A stretch of DNA of 64,000 nucleotides from positions 496,001 to 560,000 of the forward strand of contig CAUYUJ010000092.1 of NCBI GenBank assembly GCA_963575745.1. Reading direction: 5' to 3'. How positions within the stretch are numbered: the first letter of the stretch is position 1; every line of letters starts with the position of its first letter. A program made the position numbers and the translations under genes. Of this stretch, positions 49,401-60,400 are shown piece by piece. Source of the stretch: Prorocentrum cordatum (lineage: Eukaryota). Under the pieces are notes generated by a model that made no database searches, was not told the origin of the DNA, and worked only from the letters and a program-made list of their open reading frames with translations.

Positions 49401-52400
49401 GGGAACTCATCGCGTTCCAACCGCGCGACCTCCCAGGTCTCGAGCACGTCCGTCAACCGGTACTGCTTGGCCTCCGCTGGCGCCCCTCCCGCCGCCACGG
49501 CGGCTGCCCGCTCCGAGCGGCGCCTCGCGAGCGCGTCTCTGGCGCCCTCAAGGGCCAGCGCGCGCCGGCGCAGCCGTGCTTCCAGCTCGGGGCCGGCCCC
49601 GCGCCAGAGATCCGGAGCCGGGTCTGTGCCTGCGCGTGCATTGGCATCGATGCTGGTGAACGCGATGGCGTTGGTGCTGGCGCGCTGGCCGCGATCGATG
49701 TTGGCCTCGGCGCTGGTGTACCCGCGGGCGGCGGCGCCGGCATCAACGCAGGCGCCGGCGCTGGCGGTTGCGCCGGCACGGGTGCCAGCGCAGTCGCCGT
49801 CGTTGGGGTGGGCCTCATCACTGGCATAGGCACTGTGGGCAGCGCTGCCATAGGCGCTGGCGCCGGGGAGGACGCATGAGGCGCTGCCGTCAGCCCGCTC
49901 GCCCTCGCCCGCGCGTCCCCGCCCAGGCATGGCCAGGCCGCCGTCCTCGTTCAGCCCGGCTGGACCTCCCATCGCTGCCTCGCGGATGACGATCCTGTGA
50001 ACGATGGTGGGGCCAGACTCGTCGTACTCGCCCCTCGTAGCCCATTCCTGCTGAGAAGCGCTCTGCGTGAGGGGGATGGTCCCGCCGATCCACATGGGGT
50101 ACTTACGCTCGGGCGGTGCCGCGATCTTGATCCTCATCGTCGAGGGCGCCAGGGCGGATAGCTCCTTGTTCATGCGCTCCCCGATCCCGGCGAACAGGGT
50201 GATGCCGCCAGACGGAAGCGTGTTGGCGTAGAGGTCCCTGCGGATGTCGACGTCGCACTTCATGATGGACTGGAAGGGGGTGTTGTGGTTGCCGCTGGCT
50301 TCCCTGCCGGTGAAGCTGGACTGGAATAGCACCTCAGGGCAGCGGGCACGCTCGCTGCCCACGGTGATGATGCTGCCGCCCGGAAGCTCGTACGCCTTCT
50401 CCTCGTCCCCAACCTCGGTGGCAGCCTGCATCTCAGTGTTGCAGACGAGGGCAACGTAGCAGAGCTTCTCCGTAACGTCCGCGGCCTTCATCAGGTACCC
50501 CGTGAGGTCGCGGCCGGCCAGGTCAAGGCGCAAGATGGCGTACGGCAAGGCATAACCCTCGTAAATTGGCACCCCATGCGACACATCGGCACCCGAGTCC
50601 GTCGCGATGCAAGTGGCAGGGCCGGAAGCGTGCAACGAGAGCACTGCCGGGATGGCCTCGTACATCGCGTAGAACGTGTGGTGCCAAATCTTCTCCCTAT
50701 CGTCGCAACTCGTCACGATGCCGTGCTCGATTGGGTACTTCAGCGTCAGCACGCCGCGCTTGCTCTGCGCCCCGTCGCCCACGTAGCCGTCGTTCTGGCC
50801 CACCCCGACCATGATGGCCGATCCGAACGCGCCGGCGGAACCGACCGCGCCGCCCCGCCACGGTCCCCCGTCGGTTGGGGGTTGGCAGACAACCTCGGTC
50901 GGGGTGCGGGCGTCCTCCTGGAGTGCGGTCCTCCTCATCCTCCTCCGCCTCCTCGTCCTCGCTCTCGGGCGGACCTCCTCCCTCGCCGCTCTCTCGCCAT
51001 CTGGCGGGCGGAAAGGGGGTGGGATTGACCGCCGCGCGGCCCCCCGTCCCCGCTGGCCCAGCAGCCGGCGCCTTCGCTGCCTGCGCCTCTTCATCCTTCT
51101 CTCCTCCTACGCCGCCTACTCCTCCTCCTCCTCTGCCGTCGACCCCCTCGGTCGTCGCGAACACGCCAGGCTCGCGCGAGGGCGGCGGGACCGCCTCCTC
51201 GGCCTCATCATCCCCGACGGCGCGTAGCTCCGCGACGAAATCCGCGGTGCTGACTCCTGCCTCGCCCCCCGCCCCTGCGGCAGCCTCGAGCTCGTCGATG
51301 CGGGCCCGGAGGTTCTCGGCGCCTGTGGCCCCCAGCTCGAAGCTCGTCGTCAGGTGGTCGACGATCGCCATCAAGGTGGCGACGTGCGCGCGGCTCCTCG
51401 CCAAGGTCTCCTCGGCACATAATCTGCGCGCCCGCTCGTACTCGCACGCCTGGCTCATCCCTTGGACGAGCCTCTCGGCTATCATCTGCCGTGAAACGCG
51501 CTCTCTCCACCGTCGAGTCGCCTCCTCTTCGTAGGCCTGGCGCCACTCCTCAGCACCCACGGCGGCCCGTGACCGCTCTGCCTCCAGGGCGGTGCACCGC
51601 GACCGGGCCACGGCCAGCTTCTCCCCGGCGTCGAGCGCCTCGGTCGCCCAAAGCTGCAGGTTGGTGCCCTTCTCGGCCAGCGCAGCCTCCATGCGGCGAT
51701 GTCGGCACTCGGCTCCCAACACGCAGCAGGCCAACCAACCAGCGGCCAGCCAGCCGAGGTGAAGCAAGTCGAGGCCCAGCCCGCTGCTCCCAGCGCCCCC
51801 CACGGAGCTGGCCGCCGCGCGGCTTCGCTCAGCGACGGGGAAAACCGGATCCACCGGAGACGGGGCCTCGCCAGCGCCCGAACCGTTGCTCTGGGCTGCC
51901 GGCTGGCCGGACGGTGTCAATGAAGGTCGCTCCGAAGGATCCGGCGCGGCGGGGCTACCCGTAGGTTCGCCACCGCCCCTGCGCCCAGGCCTCTGCCTCA
52001 GGGGGGTCGTCGAAGTCGTCGTAGTCGTGGCCGTCGTAGTCCTGGTCACAGCCCGCCGTGCGGACGCCCCCGTCGTCGTAGTCGTAGTCGTCGTGGCACC
52101 AGCCGGGCGCGCCCCAGGGGGCTTGGCCGGCGGCCCTCGCCCCTTCCCTGCCGCGGGCGCAGGCTTGGCGGGCGCGCCGCGCCCCTCGCCATGCCCACCA
52201 CCGCCCGCTCCGGGCGCAGGCTTGGCGGGCGCGCCGCGCCCCTCGCCATGCCCACCACCGCCCGCTCCGGGCGCAGGCTTGGCGGGCGCGCCGCGCCCCT
52301 GGCCATGCCCACCACCGCCCGCTCCGGGCGCAGGCTTGGCGGGCGCGCCGCGCCCCTTGCCATGCCCACCACCGCCCGCCGTCTGAAGATTCGGCCCGGG

Positions 52401-54391
52401 CTTGGGTAGTGCCGTCGGCGCGGGGGCCCCAACGCCCGCCGCGCGACCATAAGGCCACCAACCCATCGCCCCCTGGGCCGACCAAGTAACCATAACTGCC
52501 AAGTGCGCCATCAGGAAGCCCGCCGCCATGGCACCGCTCCGCCCCGCGCCAGCGACCCTGGGTCGCTAGCGCGAGGATGCCAGCAGTCCCCGGACTGCAG
52601 CACCGCGGTTGTGGCCGCCCCGCGGCCCCCCTGCCCACCCGAGTCCTGGCTCGAACTCGAGCCAACGACTGCGGACCCAAAATGGCTATGGCAAAGCCCC
52701 CGCTTCCCTACGCTTAACCTGCAGTCTACCAACATCACAGACTATACAATATTCCGCCACCCCATGGCGGCCAGACCGGGCCACGTGCATCCTCAGACCC
52801 TGTACGCTGGCCCTTGTTGGGAGGCAGTTGCCTCAAGGACGCACCCGGCGGCAAGGCCGGTAGTCCTGCACACCCATGCGCGTCCCCCTCATCCCCTCTC
52901 CTCCCTCCATATTCCGCCACCCCTCCTGGCGGCCAGACCGGGCCACGTGCATCCTCAGACCCTGCACGCTGGCCCTTGTTGCGAGGCAGTTGCCTCAAGG
53001 ACGCACTCGGCGGCAAGGCCGGTAGTCCTGCACACCCTTACGTGTCCCCCTCATCCCCTCTCTTCCCTCCATATTCCGCCACCCCCTGGCGGCCAGACCG
53101 GGCCACGTGCATCCTCAGACCTGCACGCTGGCCCTTGTCGCGAGGCAGTTGCCTCAAGGACGCACCCGGCGGCAAGGCCGGTAGTCCTGCACACCCTTAC
53201 GTGTCTCCCTCATCCCTTCTCTTCCCTCCATATTCCGCCACCCCCTGGCGGCCTGACCGGGCCACGTGCATCCTCAGACCCTGCACGCTGGCCCTTGTCG
53301 CGAGGCAGTTGCCTCGAGGACGCACCCGGCGGCAAGGCCGGTAGTCCTGCACACCCATATGTGTCCCCATCATCCCCTCTCCTCCCTCCATATTCCGCCA
53401 GCCCCTGGCGGCCAGACTGGGCCACGTGCATCCTCAGACCCTGCACGCTGGCCCTTGTCGCAAGGCAGTTGCCTCAAGGTCGCACCCGGCGGCAAGGCCG
53501 GTAGTCCTGCACGCTCTCTCGTGCCCCTCTCACCCTCCCCGCCCCCCCCCCGTTCCCGTCCCTCCCTCCCTCCCACCTCCTCTTCCTACTCATTCCCGTC
53601 GAGGGCTTCACTCCGAGGTTTCTATCTCGGGTTTTCCACCCACCTCGAGGTGTTTTCCTGCTGTGGGGGAACCGCACCGTTCGTCCTGAGAGTCGACCCG
53701 TCTGACTTTCGAGCGGGCCGCCGTATCCCCCCTAGGATGGCGATCCGACCCGCGGTGGCACAGATCCCCCCCGCCCCCCCTCAGGGTGTCGCCCCGACCT
53801 GCTGTATAGCAGGTCCCCCATCGCCGCCCTGCTGTGGAGTGGGCCCCCCGGTCACCGACCGGATCGCGATCCCTCCTCCCGTGGAGCAGGCCCACATGGC
53901 GCCACCAGGGTAGCAAGCCGTCTGACGTTATTATGTAGGAGTCCAGCGTCTGACGTTATTCTGGGGAATCAGCGTCTGACTCTATTCTGTGGGATGCCAG
54001 CCCATCCCCTGGCCAGGCGGTGTGACACGCTACACGCCCTCTCACTGGCATGGTATGGCGGAGACAGGAGCTATCGTGAAGCTCCCCCGCCACACCTAAC
54101 GGTGCCTCCAACGGTCCCCGCACAGGCTCTGGGACCAGAAGGTTGGCGTCACAACCTTCACGAGCACCGTTTTCAAGGATGGGAGAGCCTGCGTGCCCCA
54201 CCCGATCTGAAAGGGTTATGCCTACCCTCAAGGGCATCAGCAATACACTACAATCCTCCTCCTCCTCCTCCTCCTCCTCCTCCTCCTCCTCCTCCTCCTC
54301 CTCTCGTCGTCGTCGACGTCGACGTCGCCGTCGCCGTCGCCACCGTTGTCGTCGCCGTCGCCGTCGTCGTCGTCGTCGTCGCCGTCGCCGC

Positions 54392-54457
<66 letters not shown>

Positions 54458-57400
54458 TGCGTCGTCGTCCTCCCCTTCCCCCTCCTCCTCCTCTTCTCCT
54501 CCTCCTCTTCTCCTCCTCCTCTTCTCCTCCTCCTCCCCCTCCTCCTCAACATCCACTTCCATGTCCTCCGCCCGCCTTGTCTCCATTCCTCCTTCTTCCT
54601 CCTCCTCTTCCTCCTCTCTTCCTCCTCATCCGTCCTGTTCTTCCTCCTCTCCCCGAGGCTCAGAAGTTCATCCGATGCAAGCTCTTTTCAAAAATGCCAC
54701 GGGGCCTCCTTTAAAATGCTCCGAAGCCCTCCTGCTCAGTTTTTCAAGCGTCTCCCGAAGGCCTTCAGGTTTTCCGCAGGGGCCTCATGCTTCCCTGAAA
54801 AGCTCTCAGTGCTTTCCTCGATGCTCTGGAGGCTCTCCAAAGGGCTCCGGGGGTGTTCCCAAAGGTTGTTGGGCATCTCCCTGCGGTCTTAAGCCACGTC
54901 GGCGTGGTGTCACCTAGAAGCAAGGCGTGGGCAGGGTGAAGGGAATGTCAGGCCCCCTGTGCATATCATAATGGACGCACGCTGCATGCATAATCGCACA
55001 TCGCTCGATCACATATTTGTTGTTGCTGCTGCTGTTGTTGCTGTAGTTACTGTCAATGTTCTTGTTGATTTGGTGGTTGATGTTGTTCAACTGTCACCAC
55101 CGACTAATAAATATTAATGATCCTCCGTCTGGGGCACGTTGTGTTTCTTCAATTCCATTTGCCCTTCTCGGGGCTCGCACCCTGATTTTTTATATCAGGG
55201 AACGGAATCGTTGGTCTCAGAATTTTGTCTTTGGCTCCCAATTTACAGCAACAGCAGCTCCCGCCTTGACGGCAACACCACATCGCTCACCCTCTGGATC
55301 TTCGCCTCTGGTCCCTGTCCGCGGCCTGCACCCCGGGCCCCGCCCACTCCGGCCGCCTGAGGCCCCGCCTGCCTGTGCCCTGTCTCCCTAATTAAAGCTG
55401 TGCGTAGCCCGCCTAGCTTTTAGCGGAAGAGGTTCGCTCTCGCCCCGCCGACCAAAAAGTGTTCCCACACTTCCCTGCTCGATGCACCTCTTAGGCATCG
55501 TTGCTGAACGTGCCAGTGAGGATACACGCCGTTCATTTCTAATCGTGCTCATTTCTAATTGTGCTCGTTTGTAATTGTTCCTGGCCCCCTAGTGGCCAGG
55601 AAGAGGCCCAGGATAGAACAATTAGAGATGAAAGGATCTTGGCCCCTCCAAAAAAACAAGAACTTTCGAAGAATCGGAAACGAAGAATGTGCACGCGAAG
55701 CGTCAACGACTTCTACATATCAGGCCAGAGGCGGAGGCAAGAGGCGGCTGAGGCTGCAGATGCGAAGCAAGACCAACGCGAGGCCAACCTGCATCAGTGC
55801 TGGGCGCAGGCGCTCTCCAACTGCAGAAGGTGAGGATGGCCCGAAGGCGCGCGCACAGCGACAGGCCACGACGGGGCGGCGGCAGGGCGTGCCCCAGGAC
55901 GGGGGCTGCCGGCCGCCGGCCGTGCAGGGACTCGCGCACTGCTGCACGCACAGGGCCAGGCTGCACCCGACCAAGTCGCGCCTAGGGGGCCCGGGAGGGC
56001 AAGAAGCAAGGGAGGGAGAGGGAGAGGGAGCGGAGAGGTCGGCAGGATGAGCAATGGTACGACGTCGCTCGCACGGCCGCCCCACCGGCCGCCAGCCGTC
56101 GCACACCGTGCCCACCGGGCCAATGCACTTGACGGTAAGTCCTATGGCTGCAGGGGGGGCGGCAGCCCCACTGCGGCGAGACACGCGGGCGACGGACTGG
56201 ACGCGGTAACGCTGGTGCTGCCGGTCCCAATCGCCGCGCTGCTACAGCCATGATGCTGCTGCTCGCACTCGAGCTGCTCGCAGAAATATGTGCCGCAGTG
56301 GTGATGCTGGTCCGCTGTGCGAGTGTGGTGGTGCTGCTCTCGCCCGTGCTGTTCGGAATGGGAATGCACCTCGCGTCACTCGACAATGTAAGGTTACTCG
56401 ATTCGCTGGTGCTGCTGGTCCCACTCGTATTGTTTGCCGCCCTGCTGAGCGGGAAGGTGGTGGCCCCAGTCGTGCAAGCAAGGTTGCTGCTGCTGCTGCT
56501 GCTGCTCTCGCTGATGTCACAGCTGGTTTCGATGGTGCTGCTGCGCGTTGAGCTGTTACTCCCCGTTACGATGGTTGCCCATATACTGAGGAGGCTGAAT
56601 AAGCTGTTGCGCTCACTCGTACTGTTTGCTGGCGTGCTGGCTGATAAGGTGCTGCTGGTCTCGGTCGTGCTGGTGAAGCTCGTGTTGCGGCGTTCGCGAG
56701 CGCTGCGGCTGGTCCCATCGTGTTGGGACCTGTAGTGCTGCTGGGGGCGCTGGTGCTGCTGCTGCGGCTGGAGCTGCGGAATCCCTTCTCACAGGAGACC
56801 GCGGCGCTGCTGGGTGTGCTGGCGCTGATGCTTCTTGTGCTGATGGGTCCCGTCGAATTGGAATATCGGGCGGATTTCGGAAACCCTGAGCCCAAAAACG
56901 TTTTTATCTCTTGGGGGCGCATCTTTTACTTCCGCCGCATTCCGCCAGCCCTCTGCCGGCTTCCGCCCGCGGAGGCGGCCTCGTTTTACTTCCGCCGACC
57001 TTCCGCCCGACGAAGAGACGGCAACTCCTTCGATACTCGAAGGCAAGGCCCTTTTTGGAACGCCTCGGTTGGTGCCGCTGTTTGCGTTCATGCTTCGGCC
57101 AGAAGAGCTGTAGATATCTGCCGTGCTGGATATTGTAATGCTGATGGGTACGTTGGCGCTGCTGCCAGTGGGACTGCCACTCTCCGTCGTTCGAGGAACA
57201 ACGGTGCTGCTGGGTACCCTAGAGCTGGCACGAACAGGGCTGCTGGATCCTGTCATGCTGGAAGATGTGGCGCTGCCGGCTGCGAGGGTGCTGCCGATGA
57301 AACTGTTGAGCACAGTCGTGCCGCTGGAGATTGAGGCGAGGCTGGGTGCGCTGGTGGCGCGGCCAGCAGCACTGCGCGCCCGTAATGTGCTGGGAACTGC

Positions 57401-60400
57401 TCCACTTCCGACCTCGAGCTCAGTCTGGCGTTGCGGCCTTGGCCACCGGCATGCTGTGCAAACACCCGGCCCGCGCCGCACTGCCGGCTTCGCTCGTGGA
57501 TGGCCGCGTCGCGCCGCTGCTAGGTGACGTGGTGCTCGGGGCGCTGCGCGGGCGTTTTGATACCGCACGCATCCTAGGCTGCGTGCTGCATGGTGACGTG
57601 GCGCACATCGCACTGCGCGTGCCTCTCGTGGATGTTGGCGTCGTTATGCTACCCTTGTCGTGCCGCTGGAACTCGAGGTGCTGCTCCGAGAGGTGATGCT
57701 CGCCAGGGTATTCGTCTCACTCACGGATGTTCGAGCCATGGTGCTGCTCGGTGTCGCAAGGCTGAGCGCGCTGCTCTTGCCACTCATGGATGTCAGAACC
57801 CTGATGATGTCCAGCGTCGTGGTGCCGGGAAGGGTGGCTTGGAGACGTGAGGCACGTCGCACTGTTCGACTCACACGTGGATGTTCGTGTCGTGCCGCGG
57901 CATGGATGCATGGCGCTCGTTGCAATGCTCGTGCCCCTCGTGATGGGTCAGCGGCGTGTCGCTGGTCCTGCAGACAGTGACATCGTCGAGCTGGTCGCTC
58001 ACGAACTCCCACTGCAGCTTTCGCAATAGTTTAGGATCGGTAGTTTACTCCCGTCGTTCAGGATGGCGTTCTCGCCCCAGCAGGGGCCACCTTTTTGGAT
58101 TTCCTCGCTTGCCGTCCCCTGATTTCCCCTCCTCCCTGTTTTCTTGGTTCTTTTGCTCCTCGTGCTTATCCTGCTCTTGCTCAACCTCCTCCCCATCATC
58201 CAATGTACAGAAACCCACCTGTACAACTGCGCAGCAAGCGATGGGTCAGATCCTGCAACTACCATGTGGTTATCAAGGTCCCTTATGACCCCCCAGTCGG
58301 AGGATAGAAGAGGATTTAACACAATCGAATGAGATGGGTTGCAGAGTCGGGTGTCAGATGTGTCTGTCTACCCCCACCTCTCCCCTCTTATCTCCTCTCC
58401 GTGCCCCCCCCCGCTCCTCTCTCCTCCTCCTCCTCCCCACCCCTTCTCACACTCTCCCATCCCACTCCTCCCTGCCTCCCTCTTCACATTCGCTGCCAAT
58501 CCTGTCGCCCCCATCCTCTCCACGAGGCCACGCTCTCTCAACGGGGCGCCCTTGCTCTTCAGCGGGGCGTGCAAGCTGGGGTCGAAAAACGCCGTGTCCA
58601 CGGCCTCTGAGGCGGGGCGGTACCTCCTGATCCTTCTCCTCCTGGCGCTGGCGCGGGCGGCCCCAAGTTGTCTGGAGAAATGTGGCCGTGCTCCACCAAC
58701 CGGTCGGGTGGAAAGGGGCTCGAGGAGGGACATCGGCCCGCTTGGGGCCGGGCGATTACGGACTCCTCCTCCTCATCCTCCTCCTCCTCCTCCTACTCTT
58801 CTTCTTCCTCCTCCTCCTCTTCTTCCTACTCCTCGCCCTCCTCCTCCTCCTCCTCCTCCTCCTCCTCCTCCTCCTCCTCCAGCATGAGAGAGAGAGAGAG
58901 AGAGAGACTGCGGAGGAGTTAGGCAGGGGACCAACTCCTCCTCCTCCTCCTCCTCCTCCTCCTCCTCCTCCTCCTCCTCCTCTTGGGGATGCGCGCCAGC
59001 CCTCGGCCCCGGAGACCCGGAGTGGGGGGGGCCCTCCGCGTCCCCCGGCGCTCCGGCGGGGCGGGGCCAGCGCCCCCCCCCCCCGGGCCCGCGGCGGGCG
59101 CTCAGGTCCGCCCCCCCTGCCTGTCGCCGCTGGCACTGCGGGGCTGGTGGATGCGTCCTCCTCCTCCTCCTCCTCCTCCTCTTCCTCCTCCTCCTCCTCC
59201 TCCTCCTCCTCCTCCTCCTCCTCCTCCCCTCCTTCTCCTCCTCCTCCTCCTCCTCATCCTCCTCCTCCGCCTCCTCCATGTTCTTCTCCTTATCCTTCTC
59301 CTTCTCCTCCTCCTCCTCCTCCTCCTCCTCCTCCTTGAACCCCCGACCACCAGACCACCAGCTGCGTCCTCGCGAGGCTCGTCGGGGCGACTGAGGGGGC
59401 GGGCCTGCGCCTCACTCCGCGGGTCGGCGGCGGGCGCTCGGGTCTGCCCCCCTGCCCGCCGCCGCTGGCGCTGCGGGGTCCGGGGATGCTTCGCCCAGCC
59501 CTTCTGCGGCAAGTCGTGGAGGCCTGCAGTACCATCTCGCTGGCTCTTGCGAATCGACGCTGATTTGACGCTAAATTGACGCTATGTCGGCGCTTCCTCA
59601 TCGACTGCCAGAAGCGGGCGCACGCTGGTGCGCCCTGAAGACGCAACTGCGAGTAGCAACGGCCCCCATGATCTGCTGCCGAACATAGTTCATTGTGGAC
59701 ATTGGGCCCTGGACCCACGATCGGGCACGAGGGAGCGCACCTCGCCCAGGGGTCCGCGGCGGGACTGGGGGCGTCCCCCCCCGCAACCGAGTCTGCGGGA
59801 CAGCATGTTGCGAGGGCCAGCCCTACAGTCGGGGCGCTGACCTAAGGAACCCTAAAAAAGGAACGAGGCCCCTTTTCTCCAGAAGTTGAACTTCGATTTC
59901 CCTTCGAAGACCTAAGGAAAACGTGGGGCAAGCTGTGAAACAAGTAAGGAACGCGGAGCCCCTCCCCAACCAACAGGGTTCCTTCTTCAGCGCCCCGGCT
60001 GTACAGCATGTAGCGAGGACCGACCGAACACCCCCCCCCGACTCACGGCGGGCGCACGCAGCACCCGCGCTGGGGGGGCCCACCGCACAGGAGGCCCCAG
60101 GCCAGCGGTGGGCGCAGACAGTGCCCACAGCCCCTCCGCTCTGGGCGGGGGGGGGGCGCCGGGGGCAGGCCCAGAACGGACCCAGGTCGGGCCCGGGGTC
60201 GGATCTGGGCCGGGCGGGCCCATTTTCGGACCTGGGTCGCACCCACGTCGGAACTGGGTCGGACCTGGGTCCGACCCAGGTCGGACCCCAGTCGGACCTG
60301 AGCCGGACCTTCGTCGGAAAGGGGCGTCGGCGGGGGGGGGGGCAACGGGGACAACGGGGAGGGAGCAGGGGGCAGGGACACAGGGGCATGGGGGGGGGGC

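Larger units (their letters stand above)
25663..51094 (-). pseudogene. Giant Ala/Asp/Gly-rich repetitive ORF2 (actin fragment plus repeated modules), split by the CMC transposon and by a probable frameshift near 28300
   Basis: Removing 32620-46366 and one TG fuses ORF 46340..51094 in frame with ORF 28076..32416 (junction [16 protein letters not shown], the same as sister repeats). Modules EVWDMDW.R.GA and ARAW.RRLRAA recur. Protein-coding status is uncertain because GC-rich repeats are stop-poor. Confidence 0.5.
24673..52748 (-). mobile_element. Ngaro/PAT (DIRS-order)-like element with split direct repeats, apparently non-autonomous; ~14.3 kb without the nested transposon
   Basis: On the minus strand the order is A1 (52748-52636) ... 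B1 (25261-25050), A2 (25049-24937), 52-bp spacer, B2 (24884-24673). A is 113 bp and B is 212 bp, and the copies look identical. The flanks rejoin into one intact satellite unit (ctcc|atattccgcc) without a TSD. Confidence 0.82.

Noticed and set aside
49994..50815. Functional actin gene
   Set aside because: Lacks the N-terminal phosphate-binding loop and two core segments, has many non-conservative changes, and is fused inside a mobile element.
54946..58325. Possible LTR retroelement on the minus strand (CA|TGGTAG PBS-like at ~58266-58259, purine tract at ~54950, Ser/Thr-rich and Leu/Val-rich broken ORFs)
   Set aside because: No matching LTR pair and no gag, protease, integrase or RT motif found. 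The ORFs are fragmented and compositionally biased, so the region remains unexplained.
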